From an uncultured Candidatus Saccharibacteria bacterium (GTDB lineage: Bacteria > Patescibacteriota > Minisyncoccia > Phycocordibacterales > CAIZLB01), in NCBI GenBank assembly GCA_964520545.1, contig CAZFOD010000003.1:20728-84727 (forward strand): a stretch of 64,000 nt of DNA, read 5' to 3'. The notes under the pieces were generated by a model. The model searched no databases. It saw only the letters and a program-made list of their open reading frames with translations, and was not told where the DNA came from. Position numbers and translations under genes: made by a program. Shown here one piece after another: positions 9,227 through 21,490 of the stretch. Numbering within the stretch: position 1 is the first letter of the stretch; each line of letters begins with the position of its first letter.

Positions 9227-9292
9227 TACAAACCCTTCACAATCTCTCTGCAGCACATAAAAGCTGGTGTATAATAAAAATATATAAATTAG

Positions 9293-10867
<1,575 letters not shown>

Positions 10868-10882
10868 TTTAGAAGCGATACC

Positions 10883-11437
10883 ATGTACAAGAACATAATC
10901 ATCACATTCTTCGTAATTGTCTTCATTGTTGCAGGTATTGCTTTGTTGTTTGATAGGAATTCATCAGAGCCTGTATCTGCACCGGAAACACCAACCCCAT
11001 CAGCAAAGGCGAGTATGGTTCCATATTCAAATACTGAATATGGCATCTCTTTTGAATATCCATCAAACTTGTATCTTAGTGAAAAAGAAATGAGTTCTTC
11101 AAGTCCAGAGTTTTCCATCTCACTTGTAGAAAGTAGTTCTACAGTTGAAGAATCTCCAGTTTCAATTTTTGTTGATGTGTACAAGAACAAAAATGATCTT
11201 AGTGCAAAGGAATGGATTTCTAAAGAAACAAATTGGACTGTGGCAGGTCAAACTATGAAGGATGTTGAAGTCAGAGGGCTTGCAGGTGTCATATATACAT
11301 ATGACGGGTTGTACCCAGGTAAGGCGTATGTTTTTACCTCTAAGGGGCGCACATATGTCCTTTCGGTAAACTGGCTTAGCTTGAACGATCAACTCATCAA
11401 AGATTTTGATATGATCATCAATTCGCTGGGTATATAA
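10883..11437 (+). CDS. Membrane-anchored extracytoplasmic hypothetical protein
   Basis: Single N-terminal TM helix, Ser-rich linker. Confidence 0.45.
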   Translation: MYKNIIITFFVIVFIVAGIALLFDRNSSEPVSAPETPTPSAKASMVPYSNTEYGISFEYPSNLYLSEKEMSSSSPEFSISLVESSSTVEESPVSIFVDVYKNKNDLSAKEWISKETNWTVAGQTMKDVEVRGLAGVIYTYDGLYPGKAYVFTSKGRTYVLSVNWLSLNDQLIKDFDMIINSLGI

Positions 11438-11449
11438 ACAACTATTGAT

Positions 11450-12394
11450 ATGAAATTTAGCATCATCATTTGCGGCTACAATGAAGCGCAATATTTAAAT
11501 GCTTGTTTTGAGTCTTGTTTAAATCAGCAATATTCTAAAGCGGAGTATGAAATCATATTCATCGACAATTGCTCATCAGATGACACTGCAAGTATTGTTT
11601 TAAAGTATCCAGAAGTAAGGACAGCGGTGGAATTGCGACGTGGCCCTGCTGAGGCTCGTAACAAAGGTATATCGATGGCAAAAGGTGATACATTTCTCTT
11701 CCTTGATGCTGACGCAGAACTTGCCCCGACATATCTCACAAATTGCGAACAGGTATTTAAAAGTGATGATAAAATCGGCGCTGTAACAGGAAAAGTTTTG
11801 CCTTCAGTAAGTACATGGATATCAAACTATCAAGGGGTTGCAATACTTGAGAATTACCCACGATACAATCGAAGAAAAAATATGCTCGCGTGTCCGAGTT
11901 GTAACCTAGTAGTACGAAGAGACGTGATCTCCAAAACTGGAGGCTTTCTTGAAGGAATTCCTTCTCCCTCAGGTGTTAATCGATCAGGAGAAGATAAGGA
12001 GCTTTGTGAAAGAATACGAAAGGAAGGATTTAGGATTGTGTATGATCCGAGTATATCTATTAGACACGATAATGCTCGAACCTTTCGAAGGCTTTTTTCA
12101 ATATGGACCAAGGGGGCAAGATCAAGGGCTACTACGATATCGATGGGCAAGAGTGATTTGTCGAGCGTATTGTTTCGATACAACATTCCATTTCTTTTAA
12201 TTCTTGGATCTATACTTTTCCCAAAACTATTAGGGACGATATGCCTTCTAGTATTAGTTTCTCTTTGTGTTAGTTCATTTAAAAATACGGGTATGTTTGT
12301 GCAGAGTTTTTTTATAAAGCCATGGATGGATATCTTGGCACTTGTTAGTATAAATATATCGGTGCTGTATTACAGGATTACTATAAAATCATGA
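11450..12394 (+). CDS. Family 2 glycosyltransferase
   Basis: FSIIICGYNEAQYL...IIFIDNCSSDDT and LDADAE motifs; C-terminal TM helices. Confidence 0.8.
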   Translation: MKFSIIICGYNEAQYLNACFESCLNQQYSKAEYEIIFIDNCSSDDTASIVLKYPEVRTAVELRRGPAEARNKGISMAKGDTFLFLDADAELAPTYLTNCEQVFKSDDKIGAVTGKVLPSVSTWISNYQGVAILENYPRYNRRKNMLACPSCNLVVRRDVISKTGGFLEGIPSPSGVNRSGEDKELCERIRKEGFRIVYDPSISIRHDNARTFRRLFSIWTKGARSRATTISMGKSDLSSVLFRYNIPFLLILGSILFPKLLGTICLLVLVSLCVSSFKNTGMFVQSFFIKPWMDILALVSINISVLYYRITIKS

Positions 12395-13674
12395 TTGAGT
12401 ATTTTATAAAAGCATATCATGATCATAAGGGGCATATTCCAAACATCTTGTGGCAAGTGTTGTATGCGGTAGGGAAACAGATATTTATTCTAGGTGTCTT
12501 TGTAATGGGGATTTTCTTGTTGAATCCGTATGACTTTGGTTTGTATAATTATGTTACGGCAATCTTACTACTCTTTGTATTATTTGGAGACTTTGGTATT
12601 TCAATGGCAGCATCAAAGTTTGTAGCTCATTACAGGGCACTAGATCATGAGCGAGAAGGAGCTGTGCTATGGAATGCTACGCTCTTTGCGCTCTTGTTCA
12701 TAGTTTTATCAGGGGGAGTTCTTTCTCTGTTTGCACCAAGACTTTTTGGTGAAAACGCACGTTATCTATATGTCCTTTTCCCTTCTCTTCTATTTCTCCC
12801 TCTGGGATATTTGTATGCAGGAATATATCGAGGTGTAGGAAGATTTAAGGCAACCGCTTGGATAACTTTCTTTGTAGGTATATTTAGTCTGGTTATTACT
12901 TTTTTTCTGATGCGAACTTATGGGTTGCACGGAGCCTTGTGGGGAAACAACATCTTCTCTTTTTTACTTTTTGTAAGTCTTGCTCTGGGATACCGTAAGT
13001 GGTCTTGGAAATTAGATGTTGGGCTTATGAAAATTATTGGTTCATACTCTTTGATATTAGGCTTCACGGGGCTTAGCTATTACCTCTACAGCCGAGTCGA
13101 CATCATTCTCCTTGGTAAGTTCAATTACATCGCGGAAATCGGCTTCTATGAGCTCATAAACAAGGTATTTATGATACTCGCGGCACCGTTCATGATATTG
13201 GCACAGGCCATTGGCCCCATGGTAAGCGGTATGCACGCCAGAGGAGAATTTAAGAGGGTTTTACATACATACAAGCAACTGATGTTTTTGAGCCTTGTAG
13301 GAGCATTGTTGCTCACTATCGGAACATATTTTGTTGCACCTATTGTCCTTAGATCAAGTTTTACTCACTATGCAAATCCAATGTTCATCAATGCGCTCTA
13401 TATCTCACTCATCATGCTCATCGGACAATCACTTTCAACTGTGACAGCTATTGGCTTTAGTGTTTCAACAGGACATGCGAATATTAATATGTATTTTCTT
13501 TTGATATGTGGAATCATAAACATCCCACTAACATATTTTTTCATTAAAGCCTTTGGGTTCATGGGGGCAATTTACGCCACTGTCATCATCCGGTGCCTCA
13601 CCGACATATTGTTCATCACATACTATTACTTCGTTCTTAGGAAAAAGGCAGTCTACTTGTTTGGAGGAAAGTAA
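12391..13674 (+). CDS. Polysaccharide flippase (Wzx/MOP superfamily-like)
   Basis: ~12 predicted TM helices; overlaps GT2 stop by ATGA; typical operon partner. Confidence 0.65.
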   Translation: MIEYFIKAYHDHKGHIPNILWQVLYAVGKQIFILGVFVMGIFLLNPYDFGLYNYVTAILLLFVLFGDFGISMAASKFVAHYRALDHEREGAVLWNATLFALLFIVLSGGVLSLFAPRLFGENARYLYVLFPSLLFLPLGYLYAGIYRGVGRFKATAWITFFVGIFSLVITFFLMRTYGLHGALWGNNIFSFLLFVSLALGYRKWSWKLDVGLMKIIGSYSLILGFTGLSYYLYSRVDIILLGKFNYIAEIGFYELINKVFMILAAPFMILAQAIGPMVSGMHARGEFKRVLHTYKQLMFLSLVGALLLTIGTYFVAPIVLRSSFTHYANPMFINALYISLIMLIGQSLSTVTAIGFSVSTGHANINMYFLLICGIINIPLTYFFIKAFGFMGAIYATVIIRCLTDILFITYYYFVLRKKAVYLFGGK

Positions 13675-15650
13675 TATATCAGTCCGCCTTTGTCTTGATA
13701 TACAACCTTACCTAGGCTGTTTAGAAATGGAATGAACTCTGGACCCATATTTCGTGCTGGGAAACTAAATATGTAATATGCAGGTTTTTTAACTTTCCCG
13801 ATGTCTCGATAGTCTAGTTCAGAAGAGTTTACATACTCATCGTTTGTAAGTAGCCCTGTGTCATTGTTGACGACGATATAGTCTGGAGAAGTTTCTAGCA
13901 GGAGATAGTAGGGAGTTGAAAAGCCTTTGTCTGTGAGCATTGTTGCTGTACCTAATGCTCCTGTTGAAACAATGTAGTTTAAGGCAGCATCGTAATTCGC
14001 ATTCTTTGCTGTATTTTTGGAGTTTCTTTCTGTTGCAGAGTTTCCTTCAACCCATCCTCCGTATGCTGTGGTTGTAAGGAGGGTAAGAATTAACATTGAA
14101 AAGACAAATCGTTGAAAGCCATTCTTTAAAGCTTCTGTATATCGCACTAGTACATATGCAACTGTGATTGTAAGGAACGGGAGAGCTGGATATATATATC
14201 TAATGGCGGAAGCTGAATATCCTTGGTATGCAACGATGGAATACCATCCTGCTGTAATTGAGAATATGTAGAGAATTCTTCTGTTTAAAGTTGTGAAGAG
14301 AAGCGGAAGAAGCAGTACACCTATTACCACAATATATGAATATTGGTTGACTGAGAGATAGTGAAAGAATTCCCCGAAAGGTTTGTCTGGCTGTAACATC
14401 TTCCAGTCCGGTTGAGGATATTTAATGAGCTGAATTAGTTTAAAGTTACTTCCATTGTCATAAGCAATCTTTGCAACTAATGTAAAGAAACTTAGAAACG
14501 TTATGAGTAACGACTTAGGATCTTTGTTAAATATAAATATGAGAATACCTACTGCAATGAGGGGATATAGGATGAATCCGACTAATTCCTGAGTATCAAA
14601 GCAAACTACTCCAATAAGAAGAATCCAGATGATGGTAAAAATAATCTTTGCCTTCAATTCTGGATTTCCAAAGTTTCTCATTACCCCCGCGGCTTTTGAA
14701 TACCAATTAGTTTTGGTGATAAGATCATCGAGTCTGATTAAAAGAAAGCAAAGTATTACAAACAGCGAAGTAAACATTTCGTAAAATCTCGCCTCTCTAA
14801 ACATGCTCACAGATATCCATGAGAAACTAAAAAGCGCAGAAGCAATGATTCCTACTTTCTTGTTATGTACATATGAACCAAGGAAGAATACTCCAAGTAA
14901 GCTTGCGAGAAAGAAAGGAATATTGGCGACTCGAGCTGCAATGTACACATCAAACCCACTGAAGGTGTCTAAAAACCAAGCAAGGTAATGGTGATATATG
15001 ATGGCACGATCGTAGAACATACCACTTAGAAGACTTTGCCCTAGACCTGCATTGATTTGCTTTGCTACCAATACGGTAGTTGTCTCATCAATCCACAACT
15101 CAAGACTTGTGAGCTGTATGATCCGCATGAATATACCTGCGAGTAGTACGAGGATGAATGCTGCAGAGTATGTTGCTAATTCTGCGAGTGAATCTTCTTG
15201 CCCCTTCTTTGTGCTTGTAAGTGAAGTTGTTGAAGCATCTACCTCTCGATCTCTCGAAAGAGATATGGTGAGATGTGCTGAGATATATAGTATGCCTAAT
15301 AAGAGAAGGTTTAATTCTAGAGGGTTAATAAATGTGTTTTTCTGGATATATTGAGATGTTTCAAGGCCAGCAATATATACATACATTTGGAGCACGAGAC
15401 AGAGGCAGAATACAAGGGCAGAAGATGTGTATACTCGTGCTTTCCATGTATCTGAAAGGCTGTGCAGTTTTTCTGATAGTGAGTAGCTAAAAAACGGAAG
15501 TGTTATCAATATGAGCGTAAAGTAATCGATTAAGTTCCTTGTACTTAAGATATTGAATTGAGAAAGGGCGTACAGAATAAGTAGAGTAGGTGAGAGCATC
15601 CATCCTAGTGGAACAAGAAAATGTTTTTTGAATATATATAGTCTATTCAT
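13653..15650 (-). CDS. GT-C fold membrane glycosyltransferase (PMT/ArnT-like) with N-terminal extension
   Basis: Many TM helices; DE motif in extracytoplasmic loop (ELWIDETTTVLVAKQI); C-terminal soluble domain. Confidence 0.5.
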   Translation of the reverse strand: MNRLYIFKKHFLVPLGWMLSPTLLILYALSQFNILSTRNLIDYFTLILITLPFFSYSLSEKLHSLSDTWKARVYTSSALVFCLCLVLQMYVYIAGLETSQYIQKNTFINPLELNLLLLGILYISAHLTISLSRDREVDASTTSLTSTKKGQEDSLAELATYSAAFILVLLAGIFMRIIQLTSLELWIDETTTVLVAKQINAGLGQSLLSGMFYDRAIIYHHYLAWFLDTFSGFDVYIAARVANIPFFLASLLGVFFLGSYVHNKKVGIIASALFSFSWISVSMFREARFYEMFTSLFVILCFLLIRLDDLITKTNWYSKAAGVMRNFGNPELKAKIIFTIIWILLIGVVCFDTQELVGFILYPLIAVGILIFIFNKDPKSLLITFLSFFTLVAKIAYDNGSNFKLIQLIKYPQPDWKMLQPDKPFGEFFHYLSVNQYSYIVVIGVLLLPLLFTTLNRRILYIFSITAGWYSIVAYQGYSASAIRYIYPALPFLTITVAYVLVRYTEALKNGFQRFVFSMLILTLLTTTAYGGWVEGNSATERNSKNTAKNANYDAALNYIVSTGALGTATMLTDKGFSTPYYLLLETSPDYIVVNNDTGLLTNDEYVNSSELDYRDIGKVKKPAYYIFSFPARNMGPEFIPFLNSLGKVVYQDKGGLIYYFPPNK

Positions 15651-16770
15651 TGACCTTAAGTGTTATTGACCGCAGGATTCCTTCTGATGTTGTATTGAAA
15701 ATGAATACTCTAGTATCGGCAGTGGAACCTTTAATGATTGCAGTGTCACTTGTTTTAAAGACAAGTTCATTAGAGAACTTTAAAGAGAATACGCACCCCT
15801 TGAAATTTGGATTTGATCCATTATTGTGATCAGTCTTTCCAAGACTAAGAGGGCTTCTTCCGTACTTGTCCCAGATGATATCTTTGCCAATTGATTTTCT
15901 TCCAGCAAAGTTTCCATCTACGAATAATTCTATATACCCATCTTTGCTTGAATCTTTAGATGGATTGTATTGAGCAAGAAGATCATGCTTTTTATTAAAG
16001 AATGCTTGTGTGACCGGATATCTTAGTATGTAAAATTCACCCTTTGCATCGTTTACTCTGCCAATCCTGAATGTTACGTTATCTTTATTTTGAATTAATT
16101 CCCAATTAAAGTGACCTACAATCTGTTGGTTACTATTTTTTCCATCTGTAGGCTTCCACTCTGTATATATACTGAAGGGACCTCTCTCGAACTTATCAAA
16201 CGAATCTTTTAGTTCTAATCTGTTTGTGCCGTCAAATTGGGTGCATCCATCAGCGTATGTTGCTTCTCCAAAAAAGTCTGATGATGGAACCCCTTTATTA
16301 AAATCCCAAGAATTATCCCAGACAGCTTCCTTTGGAAGGGGATCTATAGCTGATGGAATTATTTCAATATTCTCTCCTTTGGCTACTGCAACCATGTCAG
16401 CTTTTGTTAATACTGCCTTTGTTTTGAATACAGCACTTGCTGTATCGGTTACTTCTCGAAACGTGTAAGGGTTACCGTCAGTATCAACGCCGCTCTTTCT
16501 TGCAGAGAGGCCCTTTGATTCTTCAAGATGAAAATCACCGACGGTATCACTCAGTGCTCCAGCTTGAATGGTGACAGTCCGGGAATATCCTAGCGGTAAT
16601 ATGTTCCAGTACAAAACATACAATATTAAGAAAAGTGGAATGATAGCAGCAAGAATTCGCAAACTCAATACAAGAGGCCCTCGCGGTGTCACGGGAGCGG
16701 GTGGGGGAATTGGTTTCGGAGCAATTGGGGAAACGGGAACGTATGGTTGATATGGAGTACTTTCATTCAT
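15643..16770 (-). CDS. Membrane-anchored extracytoplasmic protein, possible LamG/ConA-like lectin domain
   Basis: Pro-rich N-terminus, one TM, then beta-rich domain; overlaps downstream GT-C gene by 8 nt. Confidence 0.35.
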   Translation of the reverse strand: MNESTPYQPYVPVSPIAPKPIPPPAPVTPRGPLVLSLRILAAIIPLFLILYVLYWNILPLGYSRTVTIQAGALSDTVGDFHLEESKGLSARKSGVDTDGNPYTFREVTDTASAVFKTKAVLTKADMVAVAKGENIEIIPSAIDPLPKEAVWDNSWDFNKGVPSSDFFGEATYADGCTQFDGTNRLELKDSFDKFERGPFSIYTEWKPTDGKNSNQQIVGHFNWELIQNKDNVTFRIGRVNDAKGEFYILRYPVTQAFFNKKHDLLAQYNPSKDSSKDGYIELFVDGNFAGRKSIGKDIIWDKYGRSPLSLGKTDHNNGSNPNFKGCVFSLKFSNELVFKTSDTAIIKGSTADTRVFIFNTTSEGILRSITLKVNE

Positions 16771-16953
16771 CTATATGTAAAATATTATAACCTACAAACA
16801 TTTAATGCAATGACCGGAATGCATATTCTCCTTAATTGTTTGAATAAAATAGGTTTCTGATATACCCTCATAGGAGAGCCGGAAATATTCGGCCAGCTAT
16901 ATGCGCAGCTTAACGCGCAGTTTTAAGAACATTGATTTGAAAGGCTGAACATT

Positions 16954-17637
16954 ATGTTTCGAAACACGTCACAATGGACGCATCTTTTTGAGGAGAGGGA
17001 TGCATTGTGGATACACGGCGGAAACCCCAAACAGCCGCACGTTATCCTACATTCTGGGAAACACTCAAGCGCCTACTTCATGGCAAAGCTTGTAACGGAA
17101 GACGATACGCTGAGAAGTGAGATGGTCTCTGATCTTCTCGACCTTCTCATTGAAAGAGGTTTTGATGTTGAGGTCGTTGATCGGATCGTCGGTCCTGCTA
17201 CGGGCGCAACAAAGCTCGCGGTGAGCCTTGCTGCGGAGATCACTAAACGGCGTGGTCGCATCTGTCGATCTGCATCACTCGAAAAGCTTAGCAATGGAGC
17301 TAACCTTCGGATGGTCTTCAAGAAGCTGGACGATTGTGTTCAAAGTGGGGAAAACGTTTTGATCATTGAAGATGCGTTTACCACCGGCAGCAGTGTCAGG
17401 CTTGCTCAACTTGCCGTTGTTGCACAGGGCGGTATATGCCCGCCCTACGTTCTGACGTTGATGAATCGCTCCGGACGTAATTTCCACAATGGCTACAGGG
17501 TCATCTCGCTTGTCAATCGCTATCTGCCCATCTGGGATGGCAAAGATGACTGTCAGTTGTGCTCCATCCGCTCTGAGGCCATCCTTCCGAAGGAACCGGC
17601 GTCCAATTGGGAGCGTCTCAAGCGGGGGCGACGATAA
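16954..17637 (+). CDS. Type I phosphoribosyltransferase, orotate PRTase (PyrE)-like
   Basis: PRPP-binding motif VLIIEDAFTTGSS; N-terminal HVILHSGKHSSAYF resembles OPRTase substrate loop; GC-richer. Confidence 0.5.
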   Translation: MFRNTSQWTHLFEERDALWIHGGNPKQPHVILHSGKHSSAYFMAKLVTEDDTLRSEMVSDLLDLLIERGFDVEVVDRIVGPATGATKLAVSLAAEITKRRGRICRSASLEKLSNGANLRMVFKKLDDCVQSGENVLIIEDAFTTGSSVRLAQLAVVAQGGICPPYVLTLMNRSGRNFHNGYRVISLVNRYLPIWDGKDDCQLCSIRSEAILPKEPASNWERLKRGRR

Positions 17638-17650
17638 TGATCGGCATTAA

Positions 17651-17710
17651 AAAGAGCGTCTTTTTCCAAGCACCTTCAGGGGTTGCGAAGAGAAAGACGC
17701 TTTTTTATTT
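17651..17710. terminator. Bidirectional terminator between convergent genes
   Basis: AGCGTCTTT...AAAGACGCT hairpin flanked by A-run upstream and TTTTTTATTT downstream. Confidence 0.5.
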
Positions 17711-18559
17711 CAAATACCTTTCAATATTCTTCTTGTGGTCTTCGTAGTTTGCAGTGCAGTGTATTTTTCTATTATTGTCGTGGATGTAGAAAATACATTT
17801 TGTATTGACGGGGTTGTACGCTGCTTCAATGGCATCAACGCTCGGGTTGGCGATTGCTGTTGGCGGTAGTCCTTTGTATTTGTATGTATTGTATGGAGAT
17901 TCTAGATATTTATCCTCTGACTTAACCTGAGGCCACCACTCTGTTGTTGTACCTTTTGCATACTGAAGGGTAGCGTCCATTTGGAGGTTCATACCGTTGA
18001 ACATTCTGTTCCAGATGATGCCGGAAATGAGACGCATGTCTTCCTTACCAGCAGCTTCTCTTTGGATGATTGATGCAATACGAACTGCGGTGTCGAGGTT
18101 AACATTCTTTTTGAGGTTTCCTGTTTTCTTACTCAGTACCTTCTTTTGAATCGTTTTGTTGAAATTATCAATCATTTCGTTTCCAACTTGTGCGCCTCCT
18201 GTGTCTTTGCTGAACCAATAGCTACCTGGGAGGTAGTAGCCATCAACCTCTGTATCTGTGCCTGTCTCGAGACCGGCGGCACTTAAAAATGCTTCTTTAT
18301 TCTGGTCGTTCCAAGCTAGTGTTTTACCGTAGAGGTCTGCTATTTCCTCCTTTCTCATGCCAGGAGTTACTCGTACGAATCTCATGGACGGATTGGCCAT
18401 ATTGGAGTAGAACTCAAGAGGGTCAATACCCTGGGAATTAAGGAAGTAGGTAGAACCCCCTATGGTCGCTGCAAATATAGCTATTAGGAGGGCTGCGCGA
18501 TTACGCCACTTTCTGTACTCCGCTGGTTGTTGCCTTCGAGGTGCTGATTTAAGACCCAT
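17705..18559 (-). CDS. mltG: Endolytic murein transglycosylase MltG (YceG family)
   Basis: YceG signature SPYNTYKYKGLPPTAIANPS and C-terminal ...FYIHDNNRKIHCTANYEDHKKN. Confidence 0.75.
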   Translation of the reverse strand: MGLKSAPRRQQPAEYRKWRNRAALLIAIFAATIGGSTYFLNSQGIDPLEFYSNMANPSMRFVRVTPGMRKEEIADLYGKTLAWNDQNKEAFLSAAGLETGTDTEVDGYYLPGSYWFSKDTGGAQVGNEMIDNFNKTIQKKVLSKKTGNLKKNVNLDTAVRIASIIQREAAGKEDMRLISGIIWNRMFNGMNLQMDATLQYAKGTTTEWWPQVKSEDKYLESPYNTYKYKGLPPTAIANPSVDAIEAAYNPVNTKCIFYIHDNNRKIHCTANYEDHKKNIERYLK

Positions 18560-18614
18560 ATGCTACCATTATAAGTCACGGTGTAATAAAAGCGAAGCTT
18601 TTACGTCATTATCT

Positions 18615-19163
18615 ATGTCAAAACAGAGTCGCCCGACAAACCAGTCCGCCAGTAAAAAGGAACGTTTTTCGGCGATATACGAGGAACACGCAGATGCGGT
18701 CTTCCGTTTTGCAAGCTACAAGCTCTCTGATAGGGAAAAAGCAAAAGATATTGTTCAGGAATCGTTCGTCAAATTGTGGGAATACATGTCCTCAGATGAG
18801 ACGGTCGATAATCCAAGAGCGCTCATTTTTCGTATAGCTTCGAATTCGATAGTGGATTATTATCGAAAGCGCAAAGATATCTCTCTAGACCTCTTAGCTG
18901 TCGATGGATTCGATCCAACCGACGAGGGTAATGAGGCAGGGAGAATTGTAGACAAATCAGATGGTAAGTTGGCACTCCTGCTTTTAAACCAGCTTGAACA
19001 ACCACTTCGTGATCTTCTGCTTCTGCGATATGTTGACGGCTTGTCGGTCAAAGAAATTGCCGAGGTACAGCGTGAAAGAGAAAATACAGTTTCCGTAAGG
19101 CTCCACAGAGCAATGAAAGAGTTGCGAGAGCTTTATGAAAGAAATGATACCCATGATAAATAA
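18615..19163 (+). CDS. ECF-type RNA polymerase sigma factor (sigma-70 family)
   Basis: Region 2 (...DIVQESFVKLWEY...IASNSIVDYYRKRK) and region 4 HTH (LRYVDGLSVKEIAEVQRERENTVSVRLHRA); start moved to MSKQSR to avoid overlap with mltG. Confidence 0.8.
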   Translation: MSKQSRPTNQSASKKERFSAIYEEHADAVFRFASYKLSDREKAKDIVQESFVKLWEYMSSDETVDNPRALIFRIASNSIVDYYRKRKDISLDLLAVDGFDPTDEGNEAGRIVDKSDGKLALLLLNQLEQPLRDLLLLRYVDGLSVKEIAEVQRERENTVSVRLHRAMKELRELYERNDTHDK

Positions 19164-20181
19164 ATCATTCGACAATTTTATAGAATCATTGAAGGCTGTA
19201 AAGCTTTCAGTTGAAGAAAAGAGCAACATACTTGCTCGTACTTTTGCTGTTATTGAAGATATAGAGGCAGCTTCATCAAAGGCCCCTGTAGCTTCTCCAT
19301 TTTCAACAGCTCCTTGGAATATATATTTTGTACATCGTAAATTTGTTCCATCACTCGTCATTGTCGCCATCCTTTTTGTAACAGGAGGTGCATCTCTTGC
19401 TGCTGAAGCAGCACTTCCAGGTGACTCTCTCTATTCCGTAAAAGTAAACGTGAACGAAGAAGTTCGAGGATTTACTGCTGTAACTCCAGAATCTAAAGCT
19501 CGTGTTGCTGTAGAGGCAACAGAACGACGACTTCAAGAGGTTGCGACACTCTCAGCTCGAGGAAAGCTAAATGACCAAACAAAAGCCATTGCGCAGCAAG
19601 AATTTAAGAAGCGTGCAACACAGGTGCAAAGCCGTGTTGCTTCGTTGGTTTCTGAAAATAATCTAACAGCAGCACAAGAGGTTGCTGTTAACTACGAATC
19701 ATCACTTCGAGCTCACGAAGTCATTCTTGAAAGGATTTCTGAAGACCAGCCTGATGAGAATACAGAACAACACCTCTCATCTTTCATTGCTTCTGTGAAG
19801 ACCGAACTCGCTACAACAACAGATGCTCGAGTGAACATACAAGACAAACAAGTTAAATCAACAATTGATCCAAAGGCAACAGCAGAGTTAAACTTGAAGA
19901 ACGTTCTTTCCCAGACTGATGAGACTTTGAACATGAGGACTGAGAATAAGACGTTGTTGGGGACAACTACAACAGCACTTGTTGGAGGAAAGATATCAGA
20001 AGCACAGGTTCTTACAGTAAAGGCAGAAGGATTCATGGCAAGTAGCAGCTATTCAGAAGCAATTCTCACATTGCAACAGGCAGCTACAGTACTAAGTGAT
20101 GCACAGGGAATCATGAGTGTAGAGGTAGGACTTGATGTTGATGTAAAGAAAGTGACAGGTGCGACAGTAATCATAAAGTAA
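19135..20181 (+). CDS. Putative anti-sigma factor (TM + extracytoplasmic helical domain, DUF5667-like)
   Basis: Overlaps sigma gene 3' end; cytoplasmic N-term, single TM (LVIVAILFVTGGASLAA), long helical ectodomain. Confidence 0.45.
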   Translation: MKEMIPMINKSFDNFIESLKAVKLSVEEKSNILARTFAVIEDIEAASSKAPVASPFSTAPWNIYFVHRKFVPSLVIVAILFVTGGASLAAEAALPGDSLYSVKVNVNEEVRGFTAVTPESKARVAVEATERRLQEVATLSARGKLNDQTKAIAQQEFKKRATQVQSRVASLVSENNLTAAQEVAVNYESSLRAHEVILERISEDQPDENTEQHLSSFIASVKTELATTTDARVNIQDKQVKSTIDPKATAELNLKNVLSQTDETLNMRTENKTLLGTTTTALVGGKISEAQVLTVKAEGFMASSSYSEAILTLQQAATVLSDAQGIMSVEVGLDVDVKKVTGATVIIK

Positions 20182-20194
20182 TAATTTTAACCGC

Positions 20195-21481
20195 ATGGCT
20201 CATACGCCGGTCTCGATTGTCATATTCGGCGTCACAGGTGATCTTGCGAGAGGTAAAATCATCCCTGCAATCTTTGATCTGTATAGACATGGGGATATTG
20301 GAGAAGACTTTTCTGTCATTGGGTATGGACGGAAGGTGTTATGCGCTGAAGAATTCTCATCTCTCATTAATGACGCTATAGCCCTAAAGTATCCTGATAA
20401 GAATCCAAAATCTCTTCGCCAGGCACGGCGATTCATAGACAAGTGTACATATGTACAAGGAGAACTTGCTGAAAAGAAAGGGTATGATCTCCTCAAGGAA
20501 GCAACCAAGGGTAGTGGACGAAATATCTTTTTTCTTTCGGTCCATCCTGAGCTCCATTCCACAATCATTTCACAGCTCGGCAAAGAGAAGCTTCTAAACA
20601 AGGAGAGTCAGATAATGATAGAGAAGCCTTTTGGACATGATGCGGTGTCAGCTGCATCTTTGGATGCGCTTTTACGACGATATATACAAGAAAATCAGAT
20701 ATATCGAGTTGACCACTATCTCGGCAAGTCGGCATTAATAGATGTAATTGAACGCAGAAGAAATGATCCGGATTTTGAAAGAGCTCTGGGCTATATTAAG
20801 GAAATAAAGGTATCACTTTGGGAAACTAAGACTGTTGCAAGAAGAGGTGCATTTTACGATATTGTAGGTGCCTTGAAAGATGTGGGACAAAATCACCTAC
20901 TTCAAATGCTTGCTGTAATTCTCTCTTCCAAGTCTGTGCTGTCTCCAGACGCAACGAAAGTTCAGAAGGCTCGTGCCGGCGCCATCTCTTCTTTGCGTAT
21001 TAAAACTCCTGTTATGAGGGGTCAGTATGTAAAATATCATGACGAGCCTGGTGTTAATCCCTACTCTGAAACCGAAACATTTTTCAGTATTAATGCCTCA
21101 ACGGTTTTAGCGAGACACAGAAAGGCCAATATTTACCTATCCGCAGGTAAGGCATTGTCTGAAAGTCGAGCTGATATATATATTAAGTTTAGTAAGCCGG
21201 TTAAGCTCAAAGAAGGTGTTATTAAGGAGATGATTTTTACAATTAACACACCACTCGGGCTATCTAATTCCGCTGGCCGTAATAGGGAAGCATATGAAAT
21301 GATATTTCTGGCAGTTCTTAAAAAAGACCAGAAACTATTCTGTTCACTAGACGAAGCGATAGCCGGTTGGAAGTTTGATGAACGAGTAAGAGGTTTTTGG
21401 AAGCAACACGAGACACCACTTCAGCGTTATGAGGTTGGGGGGACAATACACATATCAAAGAAATTGGACTCTGTGATATAA
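20195..21481 (+). CDS. zwf: Glucose-6-phosphate 1-dehydrogenase
   Basis: N-terminal IFGVTGDLARGKIIPAIF dinucleotide motif and DHYLGKS active-site motif. Confidence 0.8.
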   Translation: MAHTPVSIVIFGVTGDLARGKIIPAIFDLYRHGDIGEDFSVIGYGRKVLCAEEFSSLINDAIALKYPDKNPKSLRQARRFIDKCTYVQGELAEKKGYDLLKEATKGSGRNIFFLSVHPELHSTIISQLGKEKLLNKESQIMIEKPFGHDAVSAASLDALLRRYIQENQIYRVDHYLGKSALIDVIERRRNDPDFERALGYIKEIKVSLWETKTVARRGAFYDIVGALKDVGQNHLLQMLAVILSSKSVLSPDATKVQKARAGAISSLRIKTPVMRGQYVKYHDEPGVNPYSETETFFSINASTVLARHRKANIYLSAGKALSESRADIYIKFSKPVKLKEGVIKEMIFTINTPLGLSNSAGRNREAYEMIFLAVLKKDQKLFCSLDEAIAGWKFDERVRGFWKQHETPLQRYEVGGTIHISKKLDSVI

Positions 21482-21490
21482 TTTGGGGAC